DNA of 64,000 bases from Stylophora pistillata. Taxonomy: Eukaryota. The stretch spans positions 831,240 to 895,239 of the forward strand of contig NW_019217787.1 in assembly GCF_002571385.2 (NCBI RefSeq), given 5' to 3'. Both the position numbers and the translations under genes were made by a program. Of the stretch, positions 1-12,885 are shown piece after piece (the first letter of the stretch is position 1; every line of letters starts with the position of its first letter). The notes under the pieces were generated by a model. That model worked only from the letters and a program-made list of their open reading frames with translations. It made no database searches and was not told the origin of the DNA.

Positions 1-496
1 TGCTTTCCAATACTACACTTAAACTCGAGCTTGTCTATAAAAATAGTTTGAGCTCCGTTTCCGATAAAATTGACTTCATCGATAGCAGTTGGGCTATCTA
101 AGCTATCATCCGCTGTCCTGCATTCTTTAAACTCGACCCAAATCCCACGCCATCCTACAAAGTCATTTGCGGTAAAGCTTCCAACAGTGTTTGAAGAATA
201 TTTGAATTCCACTTGCAGTGTTTTTCCTGACATCGATTCTTTGTAGATCCAGACTTTCACGCCACCGTTTCTAAGACAACTGTTAGGAATGGTAAAGGTT
301 GACGATTTTAACTGCAACTTTGAAGCGCCAGTGGTTTCCCATTTCAGAGATGATGATCCGTATTTCACAGTCTTTTTATCGTTAGAGCGGCTAATCGTTC
401 CAGTCGATGGCGAGGCAATAGTCCGAAAGCATCCTAACTGCGCAGCACTCTCAAAATCAAATGTCGTATCGTAAGGGCAAGTTGATGGAGCTTGGG
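1..496 (-). CDS. Exon 2 (partial, runs off the window) of a chondroitin sulfate ABC lyase-like protein, N-terminal Lyase_N-type domain of the PL8 chondroitinase ABC type
   Basis: Manual translation is open across the whole exon: AQAPSTCPYDTTFDFESAAQLGCF...VKYGSSSLKWE...GGVKVWIYKES...FVGWRGIWVEF...TIFIDKLEF. The FDFE, SLxW, WIY, F.GWR and I.ID order matches the N-terminal domain of bacterial chondroitinase ABC. A polypyrimidine acceptor (ttcttctttcag) ends at 497. Not in the ORF track. Confidence 0.8.
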
Positions 497-623
497 CTGA
501 AAGAAGAAGAATATGCGCCGATTTGCATTGAACAATGTTCTTTCAGCTTTTTTATTCAAAACATCTTGTACCATATATTCTTGGGTTTGGCGCTCCATTA
601 CTGTAAAGTGGCAAAAGACTCAC

Positions 624-693
624 CTTGAATGCAAGTTTTGAAAACTGTCAGGAACAGGGGGACTATCTGCAGCAGAACCCAGAAGCTGAACAT
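624..693 (-). CDS. Exon 1 (signal peptide) of the chondroitinase ABC-like gene
   Basis: ATG at 693-691 gives MFSFWVLLQIVPLFLTVFKTCIQ plus one G, followed by a GTGAGT donor. The 127-nt phase-1 intron (497-623) joins in frame to exon 2 (G+CC = Ala). Confidence 0.8.
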
Positions 694-714
694 CTTTCTT
701 TGGACCTGTCGATG

Positions 715-717
<3 letters not shown>

Positions 718-748
<31 letters not shown>

Positions 749-808
749 GAAATAATTTTAACAATGGTGATGATGATGACGATGATGATGATGATGATTA
801 TTATTATT
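718..808. repeat. Compound microsatellite (AAT)n/(GAT)n/(ATT)n
   Basis: Read directly; it explains the low-complexity ORFs 625-855 and 629-970. Confidence 0.95.
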
Positions 809-1089
809 CGTATATGTGCACGATCCTTCGCAGTAAAGCACTATTTAAGCAATAGTGAAAATCAGGCCTGTACGGGATTCGAACCACTGACCAGTGTCAG
901 TGGTTCGAATCCCGTACCCGTACCCGAACCACTGACCAAGGTCAGTGGTTCGAATCCCGTACAGGCCTGAATTTTTTTCAGGTCTGATTTTCACTATTGC
1001 TTAAATAGTGCTTTACTGCGAAGGATCGTGCACATATACGTTTCATAACGCAGTTCATATACATGTATTTCATATATATTTGTTGTTTG

Positions 1090-1090
<1 letters not shown>
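809..1090. mobile_element. tRNA-derived ~247-bp repeat family; two truncated copies head-to-head (inverted) inside a (TTA)n tract
   Basis: 809-893 is the reverse complement of parts of 940-1040. It contains the B-box GGTTCGAATCCC and nearly matches the units at 27883-28832. Confidence 0.85.
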
Positions 1091-1126
<36 letters not shown>

Positions 1127-1385
1127 GCAAAAGCAGTAAAAGCGTCTGGATGCCCAGATATCCTATACAATGATTGGGCGGTAAGCCGTAGCCAATGAAT
1201 GTAACGACTAAATCATGAAAACCCTAGTAATAAAAATCCTAAACTTAATTGCTGTGTATTAAAACCCTCAATCAAAATACTAAAGGTTCCACACATCACT
1301 ATGAAAACACTTAAATGCAATAAAACATCTAATATCCCTTATTTCAAATCTCAAAGCGCCTCGCAATATTTAGGGAAATGTGGCA
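1089..1385 (-). mobile_element. 3' end of an R4/Dong-like non-LTR element ending in (TAA)n
   Basis: The minus strand reads ...ISLNIARRFEI* (stop 1344-1346), homologous to the C-termini at 5488 and 5938. The 3' UTR runs into (TTA)n at 1089-1126. Confidence 0.55.
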
Positions 1386-1475
1386 ATTCCTAATCATAAA
1401 AACCTTAGTCCTAAACGTAATCGCTATTCAGTAAAATCCTCAATCTAAATACTAAAGGTTCTATACATCACTATA

Positions 1476-3098
1476 GTAAGTAAGTGAGTAAACACTTTAT
1501 TTATAGAGGGTAGCACTAAATAGTTAAAAGCTGATGAACTTGTGGCCCTCAATTAAAGATAAGAGTAATTATTGGGTTAAATAGTAAAATGATTTAGACT
1601 ACACTGTTCTTTAAAAATTACATTAAAAAGACTCTTCTTAAATGCAGAAAGGCAATCTGTACGTCTTAATTCTAAAGATAATTTATTCCATAGTCTGCAA
1701 GCTCTGACTAAGAAGAACTTTCCACCTCCTGTCTCGCGTATATACTTAGGACAAACTAAATTAAATTTAGCATACCTAGTATTTCTGGAGTGGACTTGAT
1801 TATTAACTGTAAATTTTGGAATTAAGTAATTGGGTAAGGTACCTTTAATAAGTTTAAAAACTAAAGAACAACAGCCTATCTTCTTTTCTTCTTAAAAAAG
1901 AATCCATTTTAACTTATTAAATAAACGTACAGATGGCGAATCTCTATCAGCAGACAGAATAATCGTGGCCGCCCTTTTTTGCAGCTTCAATACTCTGTTC
2001 AAAGACATCTTTATCACAAAATGACCAGATAACACTAGCATAAACTCTGATTTTTCTGAGAAGCGCTATACGCTGTGAAAGCTTGTTACAAATTTTATCA
2101 ACATGTTGACTAGACGATAGGTGACGATTGTAGAATTCAGCATTCTCTGCATTTTATTTCAGTTCATTAGTATTCCCTCGGGAATACGTTTTGTTTTTCT
2201 TTCCCGCGTTCGGTATAATTTACATGTTGTTAATATTCTAGCTTTTTAGTTTCATCGTTGATTTCACCGAGAGAACATCTGGTGTAGAGTTGCCTTTTTC
2301 GCGGCCTACAGCGCCGATACAATGTAAGTTCCTAGTTATTATGTTCATCGCGTTTGCTTTAGCCGCCTTTCAGTTTTATATTTCTGCATTTTGTAAGCTT
2401 GTATTTTTGTTGGTTCTTCATTAGTTCAAACCTCTCCCTCCGATCGAGCGTTTGTAATCATTGCTGTAAGCGGCCACGAAAAGACCCGCCTTTTGGCAGT
2501 AACAACTATCAATGTCCAAACCCAACAGAGCAGCATTAGAAACATTTCTCACTAGTCCATGATCCCTCCTCCTGGTTAGCTCAATCGGTAGAGCGCTGGA
2601 CTGTTGTGCGGGAGGTCGAGGGTTGAAGCCTTGGCCGGACCAACACTCAGGATCTTAAAACAACTGAGGAGAATGTGCTACCTTTCTACATTTCCCACGC
2701 ACGAGATTACTATATATGTGGTGGATGTCCTCTCCTGGATTTGGTGGGTGGGTGTGAGGGCCGCAAAACTGTAATAAGGTTATTACGCTTCCCTCCTTAA
2801 ATAAAGTTAAGTTAAGTTGATCACTAAACTTCACTGCTGGTTGAAAATCCAACTTGGATTCAAGTCTTTTACCAGTCACGATCATTACATTTGTCTTGTC
2901 TACATTAATGGGAAGTTTATTTGTCATAGCAAAGTTTTGGATTTCAGTTGCAGAATTATTGAGGTCACCTTCAAGGCTATGCATAAACTTATAGTCGGCA
3001 AAGCAGGTAATGGTCGTATCATCAGCATACAGATCTGTCTGCGCTGTGATATAAAGTAGCAAATCATTGATAAATACGATAAAGAAAAGAGGACTCAA
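1476..3098 (-). mobile_element. 5'-truncated, decayed L2/CR1-type LINE interrupted by two insertions (about 2116-2498 and 2557-2814)
   Basis: The pieces join in order: SPLFFIVFINDL...LYADDTT...SDQL | VRNVSNAALLGLDIDS | SQHVDKICNKLSQRIALLRKIR...RACRLWNKL. AATAAA and a short tandem tail lie near 1476-1502. Confidence 0.8.
2557..2814 (+). mobile_element. tRNA-headed SINE (second family; related copy at 25671-25935)
   Basis: A-box TAGCTCAATCGGTAGAGC, degenerate B-box GGTTGAAGCC, and a tail of AATAAA plus (GTTAA)n. It interrupts the LINE reading frame. Confidence 0.8.
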
Positions 3099-5240
3099 AA
3101 TAGATCCTTCACTTTGGCTTGCACTTCCTGTCGCGCCTTAGCTATACACCCTTTAACTTTCTTTCCTTTTACTTCTTTACCGCCATCAGTGATACATGTT
3201 GGTTCCGGGTGCTCCAGTTTGAGTTGAAATCTCATCTCCTCAGCATACTTACCTGCATCCTTGATAACTAAGTGACGCCCTACTCTCGCTGACTCCTCTT
3301 CAAACATCCTTACTGCCTCCATAGAATGGATATGGGTTACCGTAGAGCCTCATAGCCGCCTTAATCTTGATGTTCTTGTATGTTGTCTCCACCGATCTTA
3401 ATCCTCTACCCCCACACTTTCTGCTCATGTATAATACAGCTGTTGATCCTTGGGGGTGATTTCCCCCCGTTTACAATGATCTTTCCTGCATCTCTGTCTA
3501 CTTGTTGCAGATGCGCTAGTGGCTACGTCTATGTCCACATAAAATACGATAATACAGGTAGCGCATACTGGTTAGTTGCAGCTACCTTAGCATGGTCTGA
3601 GAGTGGACTGGAGCAAATAATCGCTAATCTGCGCAAGTACTCTTTCGACGCATTTTGAAGAACCAGCTTATCTTCCTGCTTAGAATTCTCTAGTACACCC
3701 AGAAACTTGTACGTACTTTCTTCTCCAAGGCTCGTGATCGACTTCAGCTCATCAATCTCCATGTTCTCCGTTTGTTTTACGCATCCTCTCTTCACATGCA
3801 CTACCGCACACTTTTTCTCGTTCCATTTCCATCCAATGCAGCACATTCCTCCCTTTACAGTTCTCATGACTCTTTCTAAATTGCTTTCCGATGATGCATA
3901 CATCTTCAAATCGTCAATGTATAACAGGTGTGTAACCTTACAGGAGATCGGTTTTGATAACTTGTAACCGTTTGTGGCTCTCAACTTCCGAGCAATAGGA
4001 TTGAGGCACAGGGTGAACAATGTTGGACAAAGGGAATCACCTTGTGGCAGACCCTTCTTGAAATGGATAATCTCTGAACTCTCGTAACCCTGCTTAGATT
4101 CCGTGACGCTCAGATTTCTATGGCCTGTCTGTGCATCCTGGTACACCATGCGATCAATGAGCAGGTTGTCGACAGTACCAGGACAGCCCTGTTTAGCCCC
4201 CCTTTGGTCTCCTTGCATTAGACCACGACTCAGTAGGTGATGATTTGCATCCACAAGGAGGCACGAAGTGTACCACTTGCACAAGGTATTTAGACAAGTT
4301 TTGGTCTCTGGTTGTCTTTCGTAAATTTTCTCTGGTTGTCTTTCGTAAATTTTCGTAAATGGTTTAGGTAGCAAACTAGTTTTCCCTCCGGAAAACCACA
4401 AGGGAAAGTCTCTCTTATACGCCGCGGTTGCTTCAAAACTCCCAGCCACGTCATGATGCAAGACAATTACTTTTTTCCACCAAACATTCGCAAGGAGATC
4501 TGGGCCAGGCGCGCTCCAGTTCTTCTTCTTTCTGATCGACTGCCCTACTTTGTCGCCCGTAAGTTTAAACTCGGCTGTGGGTATCTCAGGAACAGCTTCC
4601 CTCATTGCCTCTCTTACATCCTTAACCCATTCGATTCCAGCGTTTCCACTCCCGGTTCCTTCCCATAATGCTCTCCAAAATTCACGCACTTCTTCGATAT
4701 TTTCAAACTTCTTCCTATCGTCCTGTTGCCCTTGCAACAGAGTACGATCATACCTTGGATTCTCGTTTTCTCGTTGTCTTTCAAGCATTTTTCCAAAACA
4801 AGAATATACACTTCCGGGATCCTGTTGAAACTTCCTGTTCACCTGTCTGACCTCATCAAGCTTATTCCTCCGTTCAAAACTTCTCTTAAGCTTTCTCAAC
4901 TTAGATTTTTCTTTTTCCATGTAACTCAGTAACGCTGCGACCGAGATCACTTTGCAGGACTTCGATAGTTTAGCTTGATTTCGCCTCCCTTTTCTTGTGA
5001 TCTTACGATTGGATTTTATTCCTTCTATCTCTACTTTTGCAATAGAAATATTCTTTCGAATCTCTCCAGCCTGCCTCTTGTACATTTCTATCTGCTTATC
5101 TTCCGCTTTACCTTTTCCTGTCTGAGAAGTTTTCTTTCTCGTCCATCTTTTCACTGTCAAAAACGCCGCTACAACCGCATACAAGACACAATTTGCTAAC
5201 CATAGAAAGACAAAAGGTTCTTGAGCTGGTTATTATTATT
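3095..5240 (-). mobile_element. R4/Dong-like (restriction-like endonuclease clade) non-LTR retrotransposon; RT region with internal deletions, endonuclease end lost
   Basis: The 551-aa ORF contains KKKNWSAPGPD, GLPQGDSLCPTLF, HLLYIDDLK and YKFLGV. Broken frames continue to 3095. The 5' junction is a (TAA)3 tract at about 5231-5240. Confidence 0.8.
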
Positions 5241-5249
5241 TCGCGATGC

Positions 5250-5697
5250 TGAGCTTATTAAAAAAAAAAATCAGGGCGTAACAACGTAACCTATGTTCCT
5301 ACCGAGATTATATCTTTCTATAATATAAAACGCGAAGAAATGGTGGGAAACTAATAACACTAATTAAGACAACTCGTGTTCCTTTAAAAATCTGATTTAA
5401 AAACGACGTCCTAACCTTTTTCTAGAAAGACTGGCCACTGGTTACTATCAGTTTCGTTAACTATTTGCAATCTATCTTAAAGTCAATTAGACAGCAACCT
5501 TGAATGTCCGGGCGATGTGGAGCGTACTTGAAATGACCGATCTCTGCATTAGCCTTAAGACTTCTCTGTACCTAGAACCTAGGAGCATCCTGAGGGATCT
5601 TTCCATGTCCATACTCCAGCCTCCCGCCTCCCAACACATCTATGATCACGTTGTATTGGTTGATCTTATAACCCTTGTACTGTGCTTTATTATTATC
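5250..5697 (-). mobile_element. Severely 5'-truncated R4/Dong-like copy (C-terminus plus 3' UTR)
   Basis: The minus strand gives QYKGYKINQYNVIIDVLGG/WS...RLMQRSVISSTLHIARTFKVAV*. Its 5' edge is a short (TAA)n. Confidence 0.7.
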
Positions 5698-5704
5698 CGA
5701 CAGT

Positions 5705-6036
5705 ATTAAAAGCTTATGTCTGCCATAAGATCATACACAGACTGGGGGCTGGGGCGATAAACGTGGCTCAGGCTGCGTGCAGGAATAGAATCTTCCTAAA
5801 CTTTGAAAACGTAAATAAATAAATGAATAAAAATTATATAATAAAATACATATATATATATATATATATCTAATAAACTGATAAATACAAGAAACTTATG
5901 TACGAAAAATCTCTAAAAGTTATATAAATGAGCTCCTTAGCTATCTAGTGATAACTTTAAAAGTTCTTGAAATGTTCAAGGTGTTCGAAAGGACAGCTTT
6001 CTGCATTTTTCTTAGGATCCCCTCTCCCCTCTATTA

Positions 6037-6075
<39 letters not shown>

Positions 6076-6091
6076 CATTATTATTATTATT
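5705..6091 (-). mobile_element. Severely 5'-truncated R4/Dong-like copy abutting (TTA)n at 6033-6091
   Basis: The minus strand gives GEGILRKMQKAVLSNTLNISRTFKVITR*, followed by a UTR containing an (AT)n run. Confidence 0.7.
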
Positions 6092-7428
6092 TGTGGCCAG
6101 CCAATAAGTCCAATCGTATGATTTCCATTATTTGAACCCTATCACGAATATGTATTTGCCTATTGATATGCAGGTTGTGATAGAATACATGCACATTCGA
6201 CATGCCAAAATAACTTTTGAGGTAAGCGCTACTTGCAAGTCCATTGATTCATTATAAAATTATGATTCAAAGCATTCTGAGAGATGATAATTATTTTAAT
6301 TTATTCGTCTCTCTGGACCGAAAAAGGCGGCTCCTCTCGAATATCCTACTTTAAGATAAAAAAAAATATTAACCATTTCGCCCCACTAAATAGTTGACAC
6401 GTGTTCTTCCTTCTACAGCATGAGCTAACTGGTTATGAGAGTGAACATGATAAACATCCGACGACCCTCAACAAGCTTAAAGGAAAGTAAATAACGAAAA
6501 CACGAGTCAGTTTTGGCGGTTAATCAGTGACAGCTGCCTAAAAGTTCCCAGAAAACTGGTGAACATGGGCTTAAAGAATGATTCCCAGTGCGATTTAAAA
6601 CTGGAAAGGTTCACTAACAATGAGTTTCATCGAGATGGATCTCCAACACGGAACTCAGAGAAATGACTGGTAGGAAATTATCAAGCCAACATACAAGATG
6701 ATTTTCTTCAAAATAGGCACCGAAATTGAACAGAAAGGGATATTCCTAGTTTTGAATTAATTCAATTATTGTTGTCGGAGAAACGAAGGTTACATGATTC
6801 TCATACTTGCATCGTTTGGGTCGACAAAATTTATCGAGTTTCTGAAGTGGAAAATTTACTCATCACAGAAAATATCAATGGACACTTTTTCCTGCTAGAG
6901 AGGGAAAAAGGGAAAAAGACCATGAAAGAAATGCTAAGAAAGCTTTGAGATAATAGTCGTCAAAATGAAACAGTTCTATAAGGAATATTCCAGCTTTGGT
7001 AACCAGCAGTGATTACCTAGAAATATATTGCAAAACCCAGAATTAAGAAACTCTACAAGAATCAAGAGGCAATCGAGGCAGGTTCTTTGCCTAAAATAAA
7101 CTTTCCACTTAAATTCTCAGAACACTCACACATATAAATAGAACTAAAAGCCGAAAGTTGGTAATAAAACAAAGCGAATTACAATTGAACTTAAACCTTA
7201 CCTAGATTAAGTAATATCACTTTGAACGGTAAAGAACAGGCTTTCCACCTTATTAAATCTTTTTTTCAGATTTATTAAGTTCGTCAAAGAAAAGTAAAGG
7301 GTCTTATAAGTTAATTTGGAAGGCGTTAGCAAGTAATAACTAATATGTGGGTGAAAACAATAAAACTGTCTGAAAATAGCCCACACGGACAAAAAAAGGG
7401 GTTACTTACCCCGGAAATTGAAAATATT

Positions 7429-7657
7429 GGGGCCTATTTCTCGAAAATCCTGGTAACTTAACGGGCCCGCAAAGCTGTTCGGTTTTTATTCAAGATGGGG
7501 ATTCAAAATTTTTGAAAATGATACAATAAAACTATCAGCTAAAGAAACAAAAAGGATTGGTTTGAGTGCCAGAACCTGCTTTCCTATCCTATAAACTTTG
7601 GTTTTAAAACATGGCTTCTGGCCCTTTAAGTTACCGGGACTTTCGAGAAACGGGTCT
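7429..7657. mobile_element. MITE (non-autonomous TIR element)
   Basis: Imperfect TIRs GGGGCCTATTTCTCGAAAATCCTGGTAACTTAA and TTAAGTTACCGGGACTTTCGAGAAACGGGTCT. Confidence 0.75.
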
Positions 7658-10346
7658 ATGGCCCTTATAGGAACATTGCCCCAAATCAGTTAGTAACACT
7701 TTAAAATTTTAGAAGATTCCGTCGCTAGCTTTTTTTTTTTGTATTTTTTTTTCTTTTGGCCACAGTGTTCTATAACATTTCACTAACTCGTCTGTCTCAA
7801 AGAAAAAGAGGATGACGACGGAGAATAAACTTACCATATTTGGCTGGCTCTGGTCTCTGAAGTTTGATGTTTGATAACTCAATCCTAAGTCGTTGTTTCA
7901 AAAAGAAGCAGAATCATAACAAGAATAATTGGCTAACCTGGGTGTTTTTTTTTTTTGGCTGCAATGTTTGATAATTCTATCCCAAATTGGCTGTCTCAAA
8001 GAGAACTAGGAACACAACAGTTGTGTAAAACTTACCCTATGCCTCTTCTTTCAGGCTCAACGACCAGGCGTGAGCTAAGAATTTTGAGTAATAAAGAAGA
8101 GTTTGGTGCTTTTTATACCTTATCTTTTAATGACTCATCATTGAATCGGTGTTAAGACAGGGCAGAATTATCTCGGTGACTAGTTCGCAGGTGTAGATTC
8201 CACAAAAGGGTAGATGTCCCCTTGAGATATTTGACACTTGTCACGCTAAATTGATTTGTTCTTCCTTTGTTGAGTTAAACCTTCTTCTTACTGTTCCACG
8301 AATTACTACATAGTCTTTTTCCTTGACATAAAATGTATCTCCTTGTAGACAACTGAGATCAAAGGTATACTGTCAACGTACCTGAAAACTAGGGGAAGAC
8401 GTATCTTTACCCAGACTCTCCCTCACAGTTTTCATTATTATTTATGACTGAAATATGGTAAAAATTTTTTTCTATTGTCAAGTGAGAAGTGGCCCACGGA
8501 GTGATCTCACCGGTACATGCAGACGAATAACAAACCAGGCGATTGCTATTGTCAGTTCCCGCTAAGCTGAAATATTTTTTGATAGCAACAAATCTCTCTT
8601 TAATCTTTTAATTTATTGATCTTTTCTTTATAGAGCGAAACTTTTACCTTAAAAGACAAGGAAATTGATGGTTTAGAAGAATTTCCCCGAAATAAGAAAT
8701 CTGCAAATTTCATAAAAAGACGTAAAAAAGCTAAAAAACAGTGGGCGGTAAGTACCTGTACAATAGACACTCAAACCTACTGGAACTATGACAAGCGTAT
8801 CTATTTACTACATTTCCATTTCCTTCTTTTTTAGTGGGCTGTAGTGCTGGCTGTCACAAGTATATCATAGGACAAGTGTGACTATGGCAAGCGTGTCCTT
8901 AACAACAGGTTTTTCAATTTTTAGTTTTGCAATAATAATAAATCGATATTGATGTCCGACAGACCGGCGTTTCGTTGACGTGATTAAAACTCATCGTCAG
9001 AGTGAAGCAAGGAATGGTTCAACAGTGGGACTTCAGAATAAACCGCATCAAAATCCTTTGACCTTCGATACAAATCGCCATTGTTTCACTATGTGGCGAT
9101 AATGCTGACTTTATCATGATGATGATGAATATCATCTCACTCTGCCCCTCTCAGCTAGAGATATGAACTTAGTGCATGAAAAGTGTCACCAATTAGTTTC
9201 ATACTTCTGAACTATTCCACCGCCAATATATTATAATCTAATCTTTCGCCGACAGCAAGAATAGAGTGGTCTCATCAAATCTTTATTGGGACTCATGTTT
9301 TGTCTTCTGCTGGTTCTCGTGCCAAAGTTTGTGAATAATATCTCCCTTAATTCGTTGACAGGATGACTTGAGAATGGAATTACTGAATTCGATGATCGTT
9401 TATAGTCGTAGTTTATTCTTTTATCTCTTACGAAGGAATTAAGAGATTTCAACGTAATATAACGCTGATCAACAATACCGTTTTACCCGAAAAATTTCTG
9501 CTAGTTTTTTTCCTCTTTTAATGTTGCATTCTTTAAATACAAGAGATGGAATTTTTTTTAATAACATTTCTTGGAAGACATGTCCCTTTTGTAACATGAA
9601 CACCTGTCTACCCGTCAGAGGTTAACAATGCTTGCATGCCAGATTTCGGACCTACTCAAGGAAGCTATGATAAACGTAGCCTTCATTCTAAGATCATTTT
9701 TCCCGCCATTTAGTTTAGAATGTCATTCCATATTGCTAGGGGGAACAGAGAAGTTATAGAAAGGAAACAAAAACTACTCCTCCCATTGTGGTATTGCAGT
9801 CAAACTTCATTTTCAAGGCAAGTAATTTTCATTACAGTGAGCGAAGGGGAACCGGGTTCTTTTATCCTTTCTACTGGTTGAATCCCAAACGGAAAAACAA
9901 GAATGGGGTTGAGTATTAGAACAAAAATTGAACCATGAAATAAGTTGAACTCGAACTCCCGCCCCCGCCCTCACTCACCTGTTCAAGACCCTCATGTAAC
10001 GATGGCCTTTTCATTGTGGAAGGTGAATTCCTGTGGTTTTGATTGTTCAATTTCTGCGTTTCTTTTCAACACATTGAAAGCTGGTGTAATTTTTCATCTT
10101 GAGAGGAAAGTTAGGATTTGAATTCCATCTTTCCTTTATATAATAATTTGACCACAAATAAAATAGAAGTCACGGTAAATTAGTACTCAGACACTAGGGA
10201 ATCTTCATCGAATAAAAGGGGAAAAAAAACAGGTAATGGCGTGGGTTTTCATCTGCCTAAGCCCTAGCACTAAGTCCGATAAAAGATAAATGCAGAGACC
10301 TAAGTTTATGGCATTACCTTACGAATGTTGTCAAACACTCTGGACA

Positions 10347-10593
10347 ACATATCAGATACAATGAAATATATGAACTTCATATATTTCATTGTATCTGATT
10401 TATCACTTTCACGGGTTTATTACGAATCAACTTAACGGCCTGCTCCCAGTTGGCTTGTTAGCTCAATTGGTAGAGCACTGCACTAGTATCGCAGAGGTCA
10501 GTGGTTCGAATCCCGTACAGGCCTGATTTTTTTCAGGTCTGAATTTCGCTATTGCTTAAATAGCGCTATCTACTGCGAGGATCGTGCATCATG
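10347..10593 (+). mobile_element. tRNA-derived repeat unit with a short inverted 5' segment and a 9-bp TSD
   Basis: A palindrome at 10351-10399 is followed by GGCTTGTTAGCTCAATTGGTAGAGC...GGTTCGAATCCCGTACAGGCC. CTCTGGACA flanks both sides. Confidence 0.85.
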
Positions 10594-11395
10594 CTCTGGA
10601 CATGTTTAGAGCTTGATATTTAATCTTAATATTTAATCTTACCGTTCTCTATGTCTTTTCTTTAATATCATAATAGCGATTTGAGACGTTTAAAGACCAT
10701 GGTATGTTGACAGTACGCAGCTCAGTAACAAAGAAACGAGCAAAACTAATTACTTCTTCTTCTCTTAAATCCCCATCCTCATTATCTTGTAGACCTGTGT
10801 CGCTTGTGAAATTGGTTGCCTCATAAATCGCCTTTCTAACATTAGCTTGGCCTTTAAGGACGCCATCTCCTCTCTAGAATTTCTACCCGTCTGGGTTTTT
10901 GCTCTGCTCTGAGGCATAAATGTGCGGCCACTCGGCCATCTTAGAAGGGTCATCTATGTAAATTGATTTATTTATTTTATGTAAATCCTTGGCAGTTTTT
11001 TCTGGAGATCCCAAATACAGTATTCTCAGGGCATTGTTGCCACCTTTGATTACTGTCACTACATCCACAGTCCATCGGTTGAATTTGTCATTCATTCTGC
11101 GAAGGCTCTCGTTGCAGTTGCTCCCACATTCATCGATTCCCAGCTCGGTAAAAAGATTAAAACTGAGTCCATAGTCTCTATCTTTTAACTGCCTTGCGAT
11201 CGCTGTCCACCGAGACACAACCGTTGTGATAACCTTCTGTGGCATAGGCCTCTGTGTGGTGATGAATTCAGGAGATTATCGGAATTAATCCCTTTGTATT
11301 TGAGGCAATGGTGGAGAATGGTCGTTAGATTGCCAAGAAACCAAGAAACCAAGAGAAGTTAGCCGTAAGAGTACAGGTCTACCCTGCATCGAAGC

Positions 11396-12885
11396 ATTGA
11401 AGGCCCTAAGTTAGATAACTCATTGGGTTAATTACGTCACCTTCGTTAAATAAAGACAAGACAAGACAACACAACTTTATTTAGCCAGGGTGGCCCAGTC
11501 AGCTACGAGGCTGGTATCCTTTGGGGCCCTGGTTTCTATAAAATTTACATATACACATCTCCAATAAAATTACAAAGTTGAATAAAATTTGCTACGATTA
11601 AAAGAAGAGATAAAATCAGATAAAATGTCCTTTAAGAGGGCGTTTAAAAATTTCTTTGATTTTGCTTGGCAGTGAATTAAAGGCTAAACGTCCTGAATTT
11701 TTAAAAGTTCGCCCTCCAAGAACAAGATTTGTTTTATTGGGGTGACTATTTCTCCTCTGCCTAGTGTTATAATTGTGTACGTCACTGTTAACTTTAAAAT
11801 AGTTTTTTAAGTATGTAGGAACGAGATTCCGTAAACATTTATATACTAAAATAGTAAACTTATATATATATATAGGGTAAGGCGACAAGTCTTTCTCATG
11901 TGTAAGTTTATTTTCCGTGAACCGTGAAACTCGAAAATTAATTATCGTGTTTCGTGATTTGCGTTTTTTAATTGCCGTGAACTGTGCGCGTGACCCCCCG
12001 TTACGACCCCTCTAGGTAGTTCTGGAACCATGTGAGGCTTTTCCCTCTGACACCATAGTGTTCTAACTTCTGTAACAAACAGTTATGGTCAACTACGTCG
12101 AAAGCCTTCTTTAGGTCGATGAAGACAGAGCCAGTCATTTGTTGTTTATCCATGTGTTCCAAAATCTGATCAGTGAGATAAGTCACAGCAGTTTCAGTAG
12201 AATGTCCTTTTCGGAATCCAGATTGGTACACTGACAGAACTTCGTTTGCTTCAAGAAATTTCACAAGCTGTACTTGGATTGCACGTTCCATAATCTTGGA
12301 GACCAGGGGCAACACGGATATTGGCCTATAGTTACTTTCTTCGTTTCTTTTGCCGTTTTTGAATATAGGCGTAACTTTCGCTTCTTTGAGTTCTGGTGGA
12401 ATTTCACCAATTGAAATAGTCAAATTTATGATTTAAGTAATGGGTTTCGCGATCACAGGAGCTGCATCCTTTAAAAGTCTTGCAGACATTCCATCTAGAC
12501 CAATGGTTTTCTTTGATTTAAGTCTCTTCAGTTCGTCACAGACAAACTTTTCGTTCACTTCTTCCATAGAAAAGTTTTTGTTTACTCTGGGTGTTTGTGG
12601 TTTTATGAAAGTGCTTAGTCGAAATCGTTCACACAGTTTGCCGGCGATGGAAGTGAAGAAGTGATTGAACTTTGATGCAGACAAGCTGCTGNTTTTTGAC
12701 GCATCGGCAGTTTTCTTGTTTGGCATGATTTCTTTCAGGGTTTTCCACATCGTTTTAGGATCTTGGGTTTCAGTTAAGCGAGAAGAATAATAATCCGATT
12801 TCGCTTTCTTGTATTGTATTTAATATTGTATTGTATTGAATATTGTATTGTATATTGTATTGTATATTGAATATTGTATTGTATT
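11396..12885 (-). mobile_element. Decayed L2/CR1-type LINE with an internal deletion, a small unrelated insert (about 11870-12010) and a (TATTG)n tract
   Basis: ORFs 12433-12750, 12001-12423 (NYRPISVLP, QSGFRKGHST, FIDLKKAFD) and 11616-11888. A tail with AATAAA lies near 11470. Confidence 0.85.

Noticed and set aside
289-970. Plus-strand ORFs of 61, 76 and 113 aa
   Set aside because: They are antisense to the lyase exons or are translations of microsatellite (poly-N/D/I/M).
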